A stretch of 64,000 nt of DNA, from positions 188,294,001-188,358,000 of the forward strand of contig OZ024742.1 in the NCBI GenBank assembly GCA_964016885.1, read 5' to 3'. The position numbers were made by a program, and so were the translations under genes. A model generated the notes under the pieces. That model had not been told where the DNA came from. It did no database searches and was given only the letters and a program-made list of their open reading frames with translations. Positions within the stretch are counted from its first letter, which is position 1. Every line of letters begins with the position of its first letter. Source of the stretch: Eledone cirrhosa. Its lineage: Eukaryota. Positions 14,857 to 27,865 of the stretch are shown here, piece after piece.

Positions 14857-14914
14857 GGGGGAGAGTCTATGTAAATATTCAAATCGGTAGAATATATAAT
14901 TCTGAAGTAAAATA
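14356..14914. repeat. About 560-bp fold-back palindrome centred on (TA)n, arms containing (CT)n/(GA)n
   Basis: tattttacttcagaattatatattctaccgatttgaatatttacatag... is mirrored by ...ctatgtaaatattcaaatcggtagaatatataattctgaagtaaaata. Confidence 0.9.
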
Positions 14915-14933
14915 TATATGTATATATATATAT

Positions 14934-15100
14934 ATAGGAACGAGTAGGACCCCGACGGCTGAGCTCAAGCCGTTTCGACGGCTAATTCTGGACTGAGCCG
15001 TCGGGGTCCTACTCGTTCCTATTACCCACTCTACTACCCTATGTATTGAGTACTTTGGTGCGTTATGGTCCATCTGGTTCCTTACAACATTTCCTTCGTT
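14934..15100 (+). mobile_element. Short hairpin-headed element (family K) related to the 3' half of a hammerhead
   Basis: Inverted arms 14934-15022. Homologous to 50248-50440 and 59973-60185. (TA)n flanks. Confidence 0.75.
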
Positions 15101-15172
15101 ATATATATATATATAATAAAGTACCAGTAATGCACTGGGTAATTGCTGGCCTTGTGCCTAAAGTAGAAACAG

Positions 15173-15286
<114 letters not shown>

Positions 15287-16144
15287 GTGGGTATGTGTGT
15301 GGTGTGTGTGTGTATATGTGTGTGTGTATAACTCTCTCTCGTTTCCCAGATTTGCTCACCTCAGTATATTTTAATTTCCTTTCAGAAATTCTCCGTATCT
15401 CTAACACACAATTTTATATTTAACCTTGCCACTCTTTCCTTCTTTCTCTCCTTCTTTCAAACCAAACTCGATTTGTATTCCTTCATTAATTCACCTATAT
15501 TTCCACCATCTTCTATCAAACAAACACACCATCTTTATTGCATCACCGTCTTAACGTTTCTCTCATAATTTTCCTTCTCCTATTCAGAATTCTACAGTTC
15601 TTTTCTAAGTTAATCTTTCTTACATCTTCAGTTTCATCATCTTCATTTTCTCAATATTTTACATTAGTAATTTTCCATATTCGTGTTTTCTTCTCCTTTA
15701 ATCGGAAGAAGCGACACAATGAACTCCCCTTTTGTCAGTAATTTAATTTTGCTGTGAGCCACATTTAGTTAAACAACTCTTCGTCCTCCCTTTCACAGGA
15801 AAACACTGCATTTTAATAAAAGCATGACAGCGCTTTCATTTAAAGGCCAAATTCCTAGCCACAAATCTTATTTAGATATCTATTCATTCTTTCATTCAAT
15901 TCTTATTTCAGTCTTCCAGTTATTCCTCCTACGCACGTGTACAACAACACACATCCATACACAAACATACACACATTCATACAAACACACACGCACACAC
16001 ACACACACACGTATTAAAGGCGGTACTTCATATAAGATTATACATAGAAATATTCAAAGATTATTTAAGTGAATACTCAATACAAATGAAGAGTGCATAG
16101 ATAACAGTAAAATGGTGCGTTTCCTTATGAACCGTAATAAAAGT

Positions 16145-16945
16145 AATTTCTTTTGTTGGTCTGATTTAGGCACATGGCAACAATTCGGGGAAGGACGCGA
16201 AAGTCGATTACATGGATCCCAGTACCTGGCACATACATTATTTTAGCGTCCCAGTAAGGGTGAAATACAAAGCCAATCCTTGCGGGATTTGAACTCAGAA
16301 CGTAAATACAAGTGACTCTATGCTACAAAGAGTGTTGTCCGATGCACTACCAATTTTGCCAAACCACCGTAATGAATAATTGTTTCTACTTTTGGCACAA
16401 AGCCAGCAATTATCCCACTGCATTACTGGTACTTCATGTTATCGAGCCTGTTAGGATAAAAGGCAAAGTTAACCTCGGTGCGATTTAAATTCAGACCGTA
16501 AATGGCCGTACCTCTATGCTGCAAAGCATGGTGTCCGACTCTCTACCGATACTGCCAATCCACCGCCATAAGATGGTGGAGAGTAATAAATAGTAATAAT
16601 GATAATCCGAATCAATAAGTAAAGACGAACTAGGAAAATGTTACTAACAGTAAGGAACGACACTTTAGGGTAATTCCAATCCCCAAATTTCTCTGTGGCA
16701 TTAAAAGTATTGAAAGTGCCTTCTTTAATAATATTTAAAATGGTTACTTATATAGGAACAATGCCAGCAATTTGGGGGGAGGGGGAGTCGATTAAATCGA
16801 CTCCAGTGCGATACTGGTACTTTATTTTATCGACCTCTTAATGATGAAATGCAAAGTTAACTTCGGCAGGATTTCATGTAAGGCCGCCAATCTATGTTAC
16901 AAAGCATGGCGTCCACCTTCTACCGATAGTGTTAATCTATCACCC
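16145..16945 (-). repeat. Three copies of the major SINE
   Basis: Reverse complement of the SINE consensus at about 16145-16370, 16378-16570 and 16740-16945. Confidence 0.8.
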
Positions 16946-16969
16946 TTTTAATAATATTAATAATACTAA

Positions 16970-18050
16970 CAGTGGGGAACATATCAATTTTTTTCATGAT
17001 CCCTGAAATTTTATTTCCTATTTTCGATATTCTCATGCCACTAATTCCAAAAATATCCCGTTTGTTCCACCAGTTTTAGATTTTTAGATATTGCACACAT
17101 CTTTCCCCACTAGAATTTCCCTTCTGGAAATGTATTATGTGCTGCTCGTAAATCTAAATACATCTGTATTATTTAAGTGTTGATATGATGTTGCTAAGGA
17201 GACTGGTTTGCATATATTTTCCACATGTACAGTTACAAATGTTGACAATTTATTTTTATGTTTATCTACAGAGAGTATACATTCATTGAGAAAAAAAAAA
17301 TTAGATTCGATAATACGAAGTACATCTAGTGGATTAAGAGAAACCATGGGCTATCGTGTAGTGTGTAAAATTTATGTATTCCAATGGAAAGAGCAGAAGC
17401 TTAAGGTTTTGTATACCAAGGGTATGGAGGGTATAGAGAAACCATAGTGATGACTTTTACTTTGGCGAATATAAACGGCATTAATGAACGTAAATGAATC
17501 GGCTATGCCGCACATTCAAACGTGATACATATCTTATCATTCAGATATTTTGCAGAGCTCGCTTAAGTAGAGATGATTAAGATACTGACAAAGAAATCAT
17601 AGCTGGAGATTTTAGATACGACCAATTGAATGACTTCATAAAGGACTTCTGAATTATTAGTTCCAAGGCTGCTAGAAAAGGATTTGCCCTTACGGATGTG
17701 CGAAATGCTGATGAAACTAGATACATTAGAACCCGCAGCAAGTGAATGGCGGTTATTCATAGATAGCTTCAATTGGCACCCAAAATGTGTTCAAAATAAC
17801 GGTAATAGATACAGGTCAATTCAATTTGGTTACTCAGTCTGTATGAGTGAAGATGAAGGGTCAGTCATTCTAGTCCGATAAAAATATACCGAAACTACTA
17901 ATAGGTGATCTCTGTAAATCTAAAGGTGGCAAATATTTCCCTCGGAGAGCAGGTCGGGTATATCAAGAATCCTTGCGGTGTCCACATAGTGACCTCGCAC
18001 AGTGGGTCAGAAAAATATCAACAAAAACATGGTTAACAGAGAAAATATCA
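16970..18050 (+). mobile_element. Degenerate DNA-transposon remnant, Chapaev3-like transposase
   Basis: Broken translations EKPWA..VVC, VWR..NHSDDFYF, EWRLFIDS, NNGN..SI..GYSV resemble Chapaev3-type transposases (recalled motif, not searched). Confidence 0.5.
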
Positions 18051-18127
18051 TATTACAGCCACTGCACAACACACTGCGTTTGAAGCACTTTATATAACAC
18101 ACACACAATATATATATATATATATAC

Positions 18128-18182
<55 letters not shown>

Positions 18183-18197
18183 ATATATGTATATATG

Positions 18198-18278
<81 letters not shown>

Positions 18279-18508
18279 GTATATATGTATGTATATATGT
18301 ATGTATATATATATATATGTATGTATGTATATATGTATGTATATATGTATGTGTATATATATATGTATGTATATATATATATATATAGATATATGTAGGA
18401 GGTGAGTTTTATTGTAGTACAATAAAGCAATGCAGATATCGGATAAATATGTTGATTTAAAACTGCACAATCCACAAGTGTTTTTTAACCTTCATATCAT
18501 GTCCTCCT

Positions 18509-18568
18509 ATTTTATCTGATGAAAACACAAATGTTATTGCATGATGATATTTGTTTTTGAAAGCGTAT

Positions 18569-18572
<4 letters not shown>
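18509..18572 (+). ncRNA. Hammerhead ribozyme core, 3' strand of stem I lost into (TA)n
   Basis: ttttat-CTGATGA-aaacacaaatgttat..atgatatttgttttt-GAAA-gcgtata. Long stem II. Confidence 0.55.
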
Positions 18573-18600
<28 letters not shown>

Positions 18601-18780
18601 TGCCAGTATCGGTAGAGAGTCGGACATCATGCTTTGAAGCCATAGAGTTACGTCCCTTATGATCTGAGTTCAAATCTTACCAAGGTTAACTTTGTCTTTT
18701 ATCCTTACGGGATCGATAACATAAAGTACCAGTAATGTACTGGGTAATTGCTGGCCTTGTGCCAAAAGTAGAAACAATTA
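18601..18780 (+). repeat. Major SINE copy
   Basis: SINE consensus. Confidence 0.8.
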
Positions 18781-18785
18781 TATAT

Positions 18786-18825
<40 letters not shown>

Positions 18826-19315
18826 TAGATATACATACAAACGTACACGGCCACACACATATACACACACATACAAACACACATACACATAAATACATAT
18901 ACAGACATATTGTATATGTTTGTATGTGTGTATGTGTGTGTGTGTGTCACACATGTCTTTTTATATATTGCTATATTTTTATATATTATTTTTGTTACCT
19001 TTCTTTTATATATTTTCTCTTATGAATATTTCCAGGTGTTTTTCCAGCCCCACTTCCAATTTTTAACAGATTTTAAATGTCATTTTATATTTTATATCCA
19101 TAACATCTGTCTGATGACCAATACAGACGTATATTAATATTTTCTGGGATCCAGAAACATTTGGTAATGGAGTAGCTACATTTTGTGTTGTTCACTTTCT
19201 AATTGAATAGCTCTGTTCTATACATAGAGCACTCTTTTTTCCTTTGCTTTTCCTTCGGAATTAACTAACATACATACACAAACACACACACACACACACA
19301 CACGCACGCACACAC

Positions 19316-19442
<127 letters not shown>

Positions 19443-19564
19443 TATACATATATAGACTTGATACACAGAGCTGTTGGAGCAAATGTAACGTAGTTTGTAG
19501 ATCATTGAACTCAATATACGTATTAGCATAGAAGTCCCCAAACGTTGTGTTCCTATGCGTAATA

Positions 19565-19755
19565 AATAATTGTTTCTTCTTTTGGCACAAGGCCGGCAAT
19601 TAACCATTGCATTACTGGTACTTTATTTTATCGACCCCGTAAGGATGAAAGGCGAAGTTAACCTCGGCTGGATTTGAACTCGGAATGGCGAGGGCCGTAA
19701 CTCTACGCGTCAAATCATGGCGTCCGACCCTCTACCGATACTGCTAAACCACCAA
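19565..19755 (-). repeat. Major SINE copy
   Basis: SINE consensus, reverse strand. Confidence 0.8.
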
Positions 19756-20329
19756 TGTATAATAAATAATTGTTGATAATTTAGTGACCGATTCATCAAT
19801 TTAAGAGCATGTTAGATCCTATTGAAATGATTCGCAAACTCCCCCGCTCACTATCAAGCACCTTTTCTCGTAATCAATCTATCTGTCCCTCTCAATACTA
19901 ACCCACATCTCTGTATACCAATCCCTCGTTTTCACAACCACTCCATCCTCGCTTGTATTCAATAGTGAGAGGAATATTAATGCAGGAGACATTTTCATTA
20001 TCCCCAAACCATTGAAACTACGAGTGATGCATGCATTGAAGTGGTACGCTTCATCGGTTGCATCCAGTTCTATGTACATGCAAGAATAGTTAGATGGAAA
20101 TTTCACAATTCAACCACAAACACGTATTGTTTATAATTTGTTTTAAACTAAAGCAATATTATTGGTAGAACAGATGTAAAAAGATTAAAATAATAAATAG
20201 AAGCGAGTAAAAAATTGGGTGAGGGAGAAATAAATATAGGAAAAACAAATTTTAAGAGTGAAGGGAAGGGAAGAGTCGACATAATCCACATTCTGTTATC
20301 GTTCGAGATAGGATGCCAACAAAATTGTG

Positions 20330-20620
20330 CTACTCGCTCCTTGTTACAAATTCCATATATATAAGATATATTTTCATCTGTCTCTAAATATCTGTAGCAG
20401 TCTTCTTCAGATACTGGCGAAAGAGTCAGGCTAATCATAGTGATGTTTCTCGGGAGGTTTGTAGTTTGTCTTCGATTTACAATCATATTGAACATTTATC
20501 CTGGCCAAACAACATGCCTATATCTTTTGAGAATGTCGTAATTAGCTCAAGTGTTTTAGTCATGGTGTGTGTATCTTTTGAGAATGTCGTAACTAGCTCA
20601 AGTGTTTTAGTCATGTCATT
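20330..20620 (-). mobile_element. Small R4-type RT fragment with an internal 60-bp tandem duplication
   Basis: Translations LELITTFSKDIGMLFGQDKC and EEDCYRYLETDENI match the R4 RT region seen at 7757..8038. Confidence 0.55.
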
Positions 20621-21202
20621 TATGTTCTTCATATACAGTTACAGGTATTTATCGTTTTTTTCTTTTACAATTCACAGAGAAATTCGTATTTTCTAGCTTG
20701 TTTACATAAATGTAAGATATGTCTAAATATTTATACACGTTTGTGCAGTCTCAGTTTCACTGTGTATTTATACAAATATTACGTTGTCATACACTTCGGC
20801 TACTATCTCACTTGTTATTATTTATATTAATTAATTAATTGCCAAAACGAGCGCTAATTATATACAAATTAGAACGTCCATTTCAGAATAACACTCAGAG
20901 CAAATGGGTATATAGAGTCCCCACACACATGTTTCTTGTCTTTGATTGGATGAGATACACATCTTCTGATGAGGGTGCATTAAATCAGAAAATCGATTGA
21001 AAATATTTGTCATTTTTTAATATACAGGGAAATTCGTATTTTCCAGCATGTGTATATGCCAACATATTAGATATGTGTAGATATTTATACACACTGGTGT
21101 AATCTCGGCTTCACACTCTGTATTTATACAGAGATATACATGTATATATAAATATATAGCTGTGCATGTATATATGTATATATATATATGTGTGTGATTG
21201 TG

Positions 21203-21236
<34 letters not shown>

Positions 21237-22310
21237 GTATATATATGTGTGTATGTATGTATATGTGTGTGTATATGTATTTAGTTGAGTGTCTTGGTGT
21301 GTGTATGTTTATTGTGTGCGGTTACAGATGTACTGGTTTATTATGCATGTAAGTTACTCTTCATGTCTTTCTCATTATGTACTCTCACACGTATCCATAT
21401 TCAGTGATAGAGCGAAAGAGAGAGAACGCATGGATATCCCTTTGTTTGTAGTAACACTTGCAAACATCAAAACTGGCAGTAAAATCATAGAACCCTTACA
21501 ATTTTATGGATTGATCATTCAGTGTTTGCTTCTAATAATATAGAATCGGTTTTGGCTTCCTGACAAAATATTTGGAAAATCTTTATAATGAAGTCTTGCA
21601 GCTGCTTCTAATTGAATTTTGTTATTGATCTCCATTGAACCACACAATGACCTCTCAGTTATCTCCCTTAAACATTGTTATAAGTATCAGTAGATTCTTT
21701 TAGAAAATTCAGCTGTTAAGTATTGTTCGTAGGGAAGGAATATAACTTCACGTATTTTCACAATGATTGTTCCAGTTTTGCGATCAAAGAAACAACCTGC
21801 TCATGAAATCTTCGTGTAAGTGGCCGAGCATTCCACAGACATGTTTAACTTGTTTAAAGGTTAATTCTCAGGGAGATTCAGCGTGATGCAGTGTGTGTAA
21901 GAAGGCTAGTCATCTAGACTAGCATTCTTACACACACTGTATCACGCTAAAGTTACACATACAGTGTACCAGACGGGTTTTCGAATAGTTTCCATTTACA
22001 GATTTTCAGTCACAAGGCATTAGTCACTCCGAGGCTAGGGGAAATGAAACTTTTCTAGGACACCACACGGGACATAATGAAGCGAAAGTAACCCGTATTT
22101 ACGTTAGAATTGCTATAGAGTATGTAGAATATTAAAAGAGCGGGATTAATTTTCTCGGAGACATTCATTTTAATGAGCAGTTATTGTATGTAACTCGGCC
22201 TTTTAACTTTTCTTTACTTTTATCCAGATAGATTTACTATCGGAAATAAAGGAAAAATACCATGCTTGTGATTTTGTGTGTGTGCGGTAGAGCACCTATA
22301 GCGGCATCAT

Positions 22311-22402
<92 letters not shown>

Positions 22403-22606
22403 ATATATGCGAGAAAGACCACAGACCCTCCATCTCAATTCTACTTTTGAAAAGCATAAAAACTGCGAAACACCGGTAAAGGAACCAAATAAATATTCTT
22501 AAAAAGACTCCAATTGCATTTTCGATTTCATCTTTTTTCTTTATATATATATATAAATTAAAATAAAATAAATAAGTCAAATGTTTAAAATTTAGCTTCG
22601 TTTATT

Positions 22607-22661
22607 ACTGCTATATATATTTCGGTGACAGCCATCTTTGGCTGTGACCTCTTCAGGCAGT
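22607..22661 (-). ncRNA. Type-I hammerhead ribozyme (mirror copy)
   Basis: Exact reverse complement of 22892-22946. Confidence 0.85.
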
Positions 22662-22891
22662 CCGAATTAGTGTGGTATAGACAAGTACATATGTTGTTGA
22701 GGTGCATAACTTTGTCAATACTCTGATATGCCCAGTTCCTGGTTGGGTTGTTATTTCACTGAGGAACTGGAATCATATGATTCCAGTTCCCCACTGAAAT
22801 AACAACCCAACCAGGAACTGGGCATATCAGAGTATTGACAAAGTTATGCACCTCAACAACATATGTACTTGTCTATACCACACTAATTCGG

Positions 22892-22946
22892 ACTGCCTGA
22901 AGAGGTCACAGCCAAAGATGGCTGTCACCGAAATATATATAGCAGT
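22892..22946 (+). ncRNA. Minimal type-I hammerhead ribozyme
   Basis: actgc-CTGAAGA-ggtcacagcc(aaagat)ggctgtcacc-GAAA-tatata-TA-gcagt. Stem I actgc/gcagt, palindromic stem III, AATAAA immediately downstream. Confidence 0.88.
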
Positions 22947-23284
22947 AATAAACGAAGCTAAATTATAAACCTTTGACTTATTTATTTTATTTTATTTTAC
23001 ATTACTCCGGAGTAACCAAACCAACCTGCGCACTTCGTCGAGTGCTCCAATCTGCATACTGAGGTGTTGGTATACAACCAACGTATACTCAAAGTCTCTC
23101 TATATATATATTGAGTTATATTTATATATATATATATATATATATATGTGTGCGTGTATATAGATACACATACACATACATGCATACATATATATATATC
23201 AAAATGAAAATGAGGGAATGAATTATGTGAGAAAACATCGTTATTTATTCTCCCACATATCAAGAATTTGAAGACAATTCATTT

Positions 23285-23358
23285 TCACCTGAAGAGATCA
23301 GTGATAATCGATCATGGCTTCACGATCGATCTATCTCTTATTGAAACAAGTGTCGTGA
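23285..23358 (+). ncRNA. Type-I hammerhead ribozyme, GUC site
   Basis: tcac-CTGAAGA-(stem II with atcgatc/gatcgat)-GAAA-caagtg-TC-gtga. Confidence 0.72.
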
Positions 23359-23545
23359 TTAAATGATTGGAATTTTACCTTGCCTCCGGATTTTCATTTT
23401 GATACTTATACTCTGTTTTACATCATCTAGCTGTTCCCTTGAATGGAATTGGAGATATACAAAAGCGTGGAGAACTTAATATTGCTAACATAAATTTATT
23501 GGACCATTTTACACAACCAATAATAATGCACCTTACTATATAACA

Positions 23546-23626
<81 letters not shown>

Positions 23627-24213
23627 TACATACATATATATATATATATTCATACTTACATTTTTATAAAAATAATACAGAATAATAAATGATTAAAGAA
23701 AAAACAAAGTTCAATTTCGTGATTATTTTAAATTCCCAATACCTCTGTACATAGAAGTATTGAATATTGAGTGAAACGAAAATTAAATATCAATATACGT
23801 TTATTCGTATTGATTTCTAAAATTGGTAAAATTTGATTGTGTTGGGAAACAGTGAAATTATCTCGCGTGACGTCAACAAACTATCGACGTCACTGAAGTA
23901 AAATGTAAAATATTTCCAGATGGAAATTTTCAACAGACAGAAGTGTTGCTGTGTGTTTGTGTATCTGTATGTATGTGTGTGTGTACGCACACAGACACAC
24001 ACACATACACACACGCGCATACGTATGCTTGAGTGTGTGTATATTGTACAGATTAAAGTTTATTTATATATATCTCTAGGTCATTACATACCAAAGTACT
24101 CGATACTTGTGGTAGTAGAACATGGTTATATTATAAAGAATCAGGAACCCGACGGCTGAGCTCTTGCCCTTCCAACAATATATATATATAGGGTCTGTAA
24201 CGTGCAGTTACTT

Positions 24214-24255
<42 letters not shown>

Positions 24256-24369
24256 GATGACACTTTCATAAACTGTCAAAACACCAGATTTACTATTTAG
24301 CCTTAATAAAATGAATATTGAAACTGTAATTCGGTATTGAATACACCTTTATCTCAACCGTCAACACGG

Positions 24370-24467
<98 letters not shown>

Positions 24468-24736
24468 GTGTGTGGTTGACGGTTGAGAGAAAGGTATTTA
24501 CGTATATTTACGCATTTAAATATTTATGTATCTATTTATTTATTTTCTTCTTGCATTTCCTCATACTCACCCTCTCCTTATACCCATATCTAGATCCACA
24601 TCCTCTTCTTTATTAAATTTAAGTTTACGTTATTATTTATGATGTATAATTGTTGAGATTTGTTGTAATAAATCACTGCCAATCCTGGAATTGAACCATC
24701 AAGACCGTTGAGGTATGTCATACATCAATTCATGTA

Positions 24737-24798
24737 TTTTATCTGACGAGGACGTACTGAAAAAACAGCACCATACCTTCGAAATATATATAATAAAA
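24737..24798 (+). ncRNA. Type-I hammerhead ribozyme
   Basis: ttttat-CTGACGA-ggacgtactgaaaaaacagcaccataccttc-GAAA-tatata-TA-ataaaa. Flanks homologous to 50766-50930. Confidence 0.75.
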
Positions 24799-24841
24799 CA
24801 TATTTTGATTATGTGAATGTCTTCATTTATTAATATTCTAA

Positions 24842-24880
<39 letters not shown>

Positions 24881-24882
<2 letters not shown>

Positions 24883-25841
24883 TATAAAGTATGTCCATAG
24901 AATCCTTTGATAATATATATACACCATTTCCTCTCCCAATTAGCATAATCAACCACATAAAAAATCAATTAGACCAGGCTATAAGATTAAAAGGCACCTA
25001 TGAAGAAATATAAGATAAATAAGCGACAGCAATCTCCTCGAGGCCGACGGCCATAGAATATTTACCCAACATTTCAACAGCACGTAGAAATCGACTAAAT
25101 ATACCGTCAACCATACACAATTAGGTATAAAATTAAAGTTAGAAGAAATGCGTACACACTTACCGAGATTATGTCTCTACCCTCGTGTTTCATTCGCATT
25201 TTGAGATATCCTATTAAGGATAAAATCTGGACCTTCGAACTCGTCAGGAAACAAATTATAGGACAAGTAATTTTCTAAAATGATCCCCGCCAGAAACAAA
25301 TTCAAAATGGCTAAAAATCGTGACGTGGCAGTGGTTAAGTCAGAAAGAATGTGATTGGTTGCTTACAGCAAGTGGGCTGATTGCTAGAAAGCGCAGCCCA
25401 ATATTGCCCAAATTGCATCTCAACCTAATGGGAGATTGTGAAATATAAAGATTTACATATACACAAACTAAACAAAGTCACAGATATATATGTTTTGGCA
25501 ACCATTCACGATGTGGCTCAATGATAAATTAATAAATTAAATAATCAGAGCAATATACTATAAAGTATGTCCATAGAATCATTTGATAATATATATATAC
25601 ACCATGTTTAATCGAAAAACATGGTCTAATTGATTTTTTTATGTGGTTGATTATGCTAATTGGGAGAGGAAATAGTGTATATATATTATCAAATGTCCAT
25701 AGAATCATTTGATAATATATATATACACCATATTTAATCTTATAGCCTGGTCTAATTGATTTTTTATGTGGTTGATTATGCTAATTGGGAGAGGAAATAG
25801 TGTATATATATTATCAAATTATTCTATGGACATACTTTATA

Positions 25842-25843
<2 letters not shown>
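24881..25843 (-). mobile_element. Non-coding ribozyme element: about 676-bp monomer with partial tandem repeat and inverted terminal segments, (TA)n flanks
   Basis: actataaagtatgtccatagaatc at 24881 and 25557. 24881-24990 is inverted at about 25733-25843. Confidence 0.8.
25172..25253 (-). ncRNA. Type-I hammerhead ribozyme
   Basis: Minus strand: tgtttc-CTGACGA-gttcg...cgaat-GAAA-cacgaggg-TA-gagaca. Confidence 0.78.
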
Positions 25844-25903
<60 letters not shown>

Positions 25904-27409
25904 GCGCATATATACGCATATATACTCAAGTGAAATATGAATTTGTTTTCTGCCAGACATCTCTTTATCTTAGATAGGAAAATTATACACAAAATCTAGT
26001 CATTAGTCACTCTATTCATAAATGATGTTAAATTATAACATTTCGTGTAGTTATATTTTGAATTCATAATTCAACTATTTTCCTGTTGTTCAATCTTTCC
26101 AATCCGCGGCACCTCCTCTTAACACATTTACAACTAAACTGCCTTAAGCTGACGCCGATTCGGTGGTTTTAGACTTTTTATTGAATTTTATTTTCTTTAT
26201 TTATTATATTCATCATGTTTTCTCTCATTCTTCTTTTCCTGTTTATTATTTTCTTCATTTTCTGATACATAATTTCCTCCCTCTGTTCTGTTCAACTTTA
26301 AATTATTGATCATTCAACAGATGACAGAATTTAACTTCCGTACGCCGTCGATGTTATGCTCATATTTATATTAATAATGTTGTGAATCATTGGCTAACTT
26401 CTTTATGGTGGATATTTGAAATGTAACGAGTTTCATTTACCTCCAAATCTCTCTCTATATATATACATAAATATGTGTCTGTGTGTGCACGTGTGTGTCT
26501 GTGTGTGTGGGTGTGTTTGTATGATATTCGTCTAGTATCTGTACGTGCGTGTTAGTGACATGCGTGTTGATTTTATATTCAATTAAACAGGGCGCTTTCA
26601 AGTATTTTGTGTTTATGATTCCGGGTTATCATTATTACCAGATTAATACCAGATATACTAAATGTTGTTAACAGGTGAATGCATTGATGTTTGCCGCCCA
26701 GGATTATTTCAGATCTCCTATAATTATTTCAGATCTCCTATTATTTCATATCTCCAAATAAAATCTTAAACATCAAGGGTGAGGTTTAAGATTTTATTTG
26801 GTCCAGAGGACATTCACCATTCCTAATTTTATTTGGGAGCGTGTGTTTAAGATTTCAAACGCAGTAAGATTTCAAATCCACGTCCTTGAACGTGAGTTTC
26901 GATATCGTCTCATCTGAACTAGTTTGAAATGTTTTATACCTGTGATTGAATAAACTCACATGCTAATATAATCTCTACTGAAAAGTTGTTCTCCTATCAA
27001 CAATATTTACTAAATCTCTATCGTGTCTCTTCATTGTGCACTCTTATACAAGGCTGGACCCATGACATGTGTTGCCTAATGGGATTCAAGGTGGAGTTCT
27101 GCAGTGACATTGTCAGGGGCCATTATTTCTTCCTTACCATTTTGTCCGTTGTTGGTTCGCAGGACATTCCTTTGATGTTCGGTGTAAAATGTGATGTTCG
27201 TTGTGTGGCGACTATTGTAAGATGTGATGTGTTCTATCCAATATACTTTGATATTCCTGTTGTTGCAGTTATAAGCGAGTTTCGGTGACGTACAGAAATA
27301 AAATTCAACTGCGTTAATAAGTCGTTATACGGTGGGGGGAAAAGTATTTGTCTGGGGTTAGAAAACTATTCCAGACATGTTTGCCGGATTGTTACTCCCT
27401 CACTACCCG

Positions 27410-27475
<66 letters not shown>

Positions 27476-27686
27476 CACGAAAATGCGTGAGATCATTGGT
27501 ACAGTTAGGTATAATTGAAAAAAGGAAAAGAATGACTTCACTTTTAGTTGGAATTCTATGACAATTTATTTCTATAATTTTACAATTTTGCTATGTAAAA
27601 TTATATAATTGTAAAATTATTAAATTGAATTGTTATAAAATACCAACCACCAGTGAAGACATTATTTTCCTTTTTTTCATATATAA

Positions 27687-27865
27687 TAATTGTTTCTACT
27701 TTTGGCACAAGGCCAGCAATAACCCAGTGCATTACTGGTACTTTATTTTATCGACCCCATAAGGATTAAAGGTAAAGTTAACCTCGACGGGATTTGAACT
27801 CAGACCGTAAAGGGGCTAGAAAGCATGGCGTGCAACCCTCTACCGATACTGCAAATTCACCGCCT
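27687..27865 (-). repeat. Major SINE copy
   Basis: SINE consensus. Confidence 0.8.

Larger units (their letters stand above)
22559..23100. mobile_element. Fold-back element: about 436-bp near-perfect palindrome (22559-22994, axis 22776/22777) plus about 105-bp 3' extension, (TA)n flanks
   Basis: Arms are reverse complements with few mismatches. No loop (aatcat|atgatt). Confidence 0.9.

Noticed and set aside
20960-21015. CTGATGA...GAAA...GTC possible hammerhead
   Set aside because: No convincing stem I or stem II.
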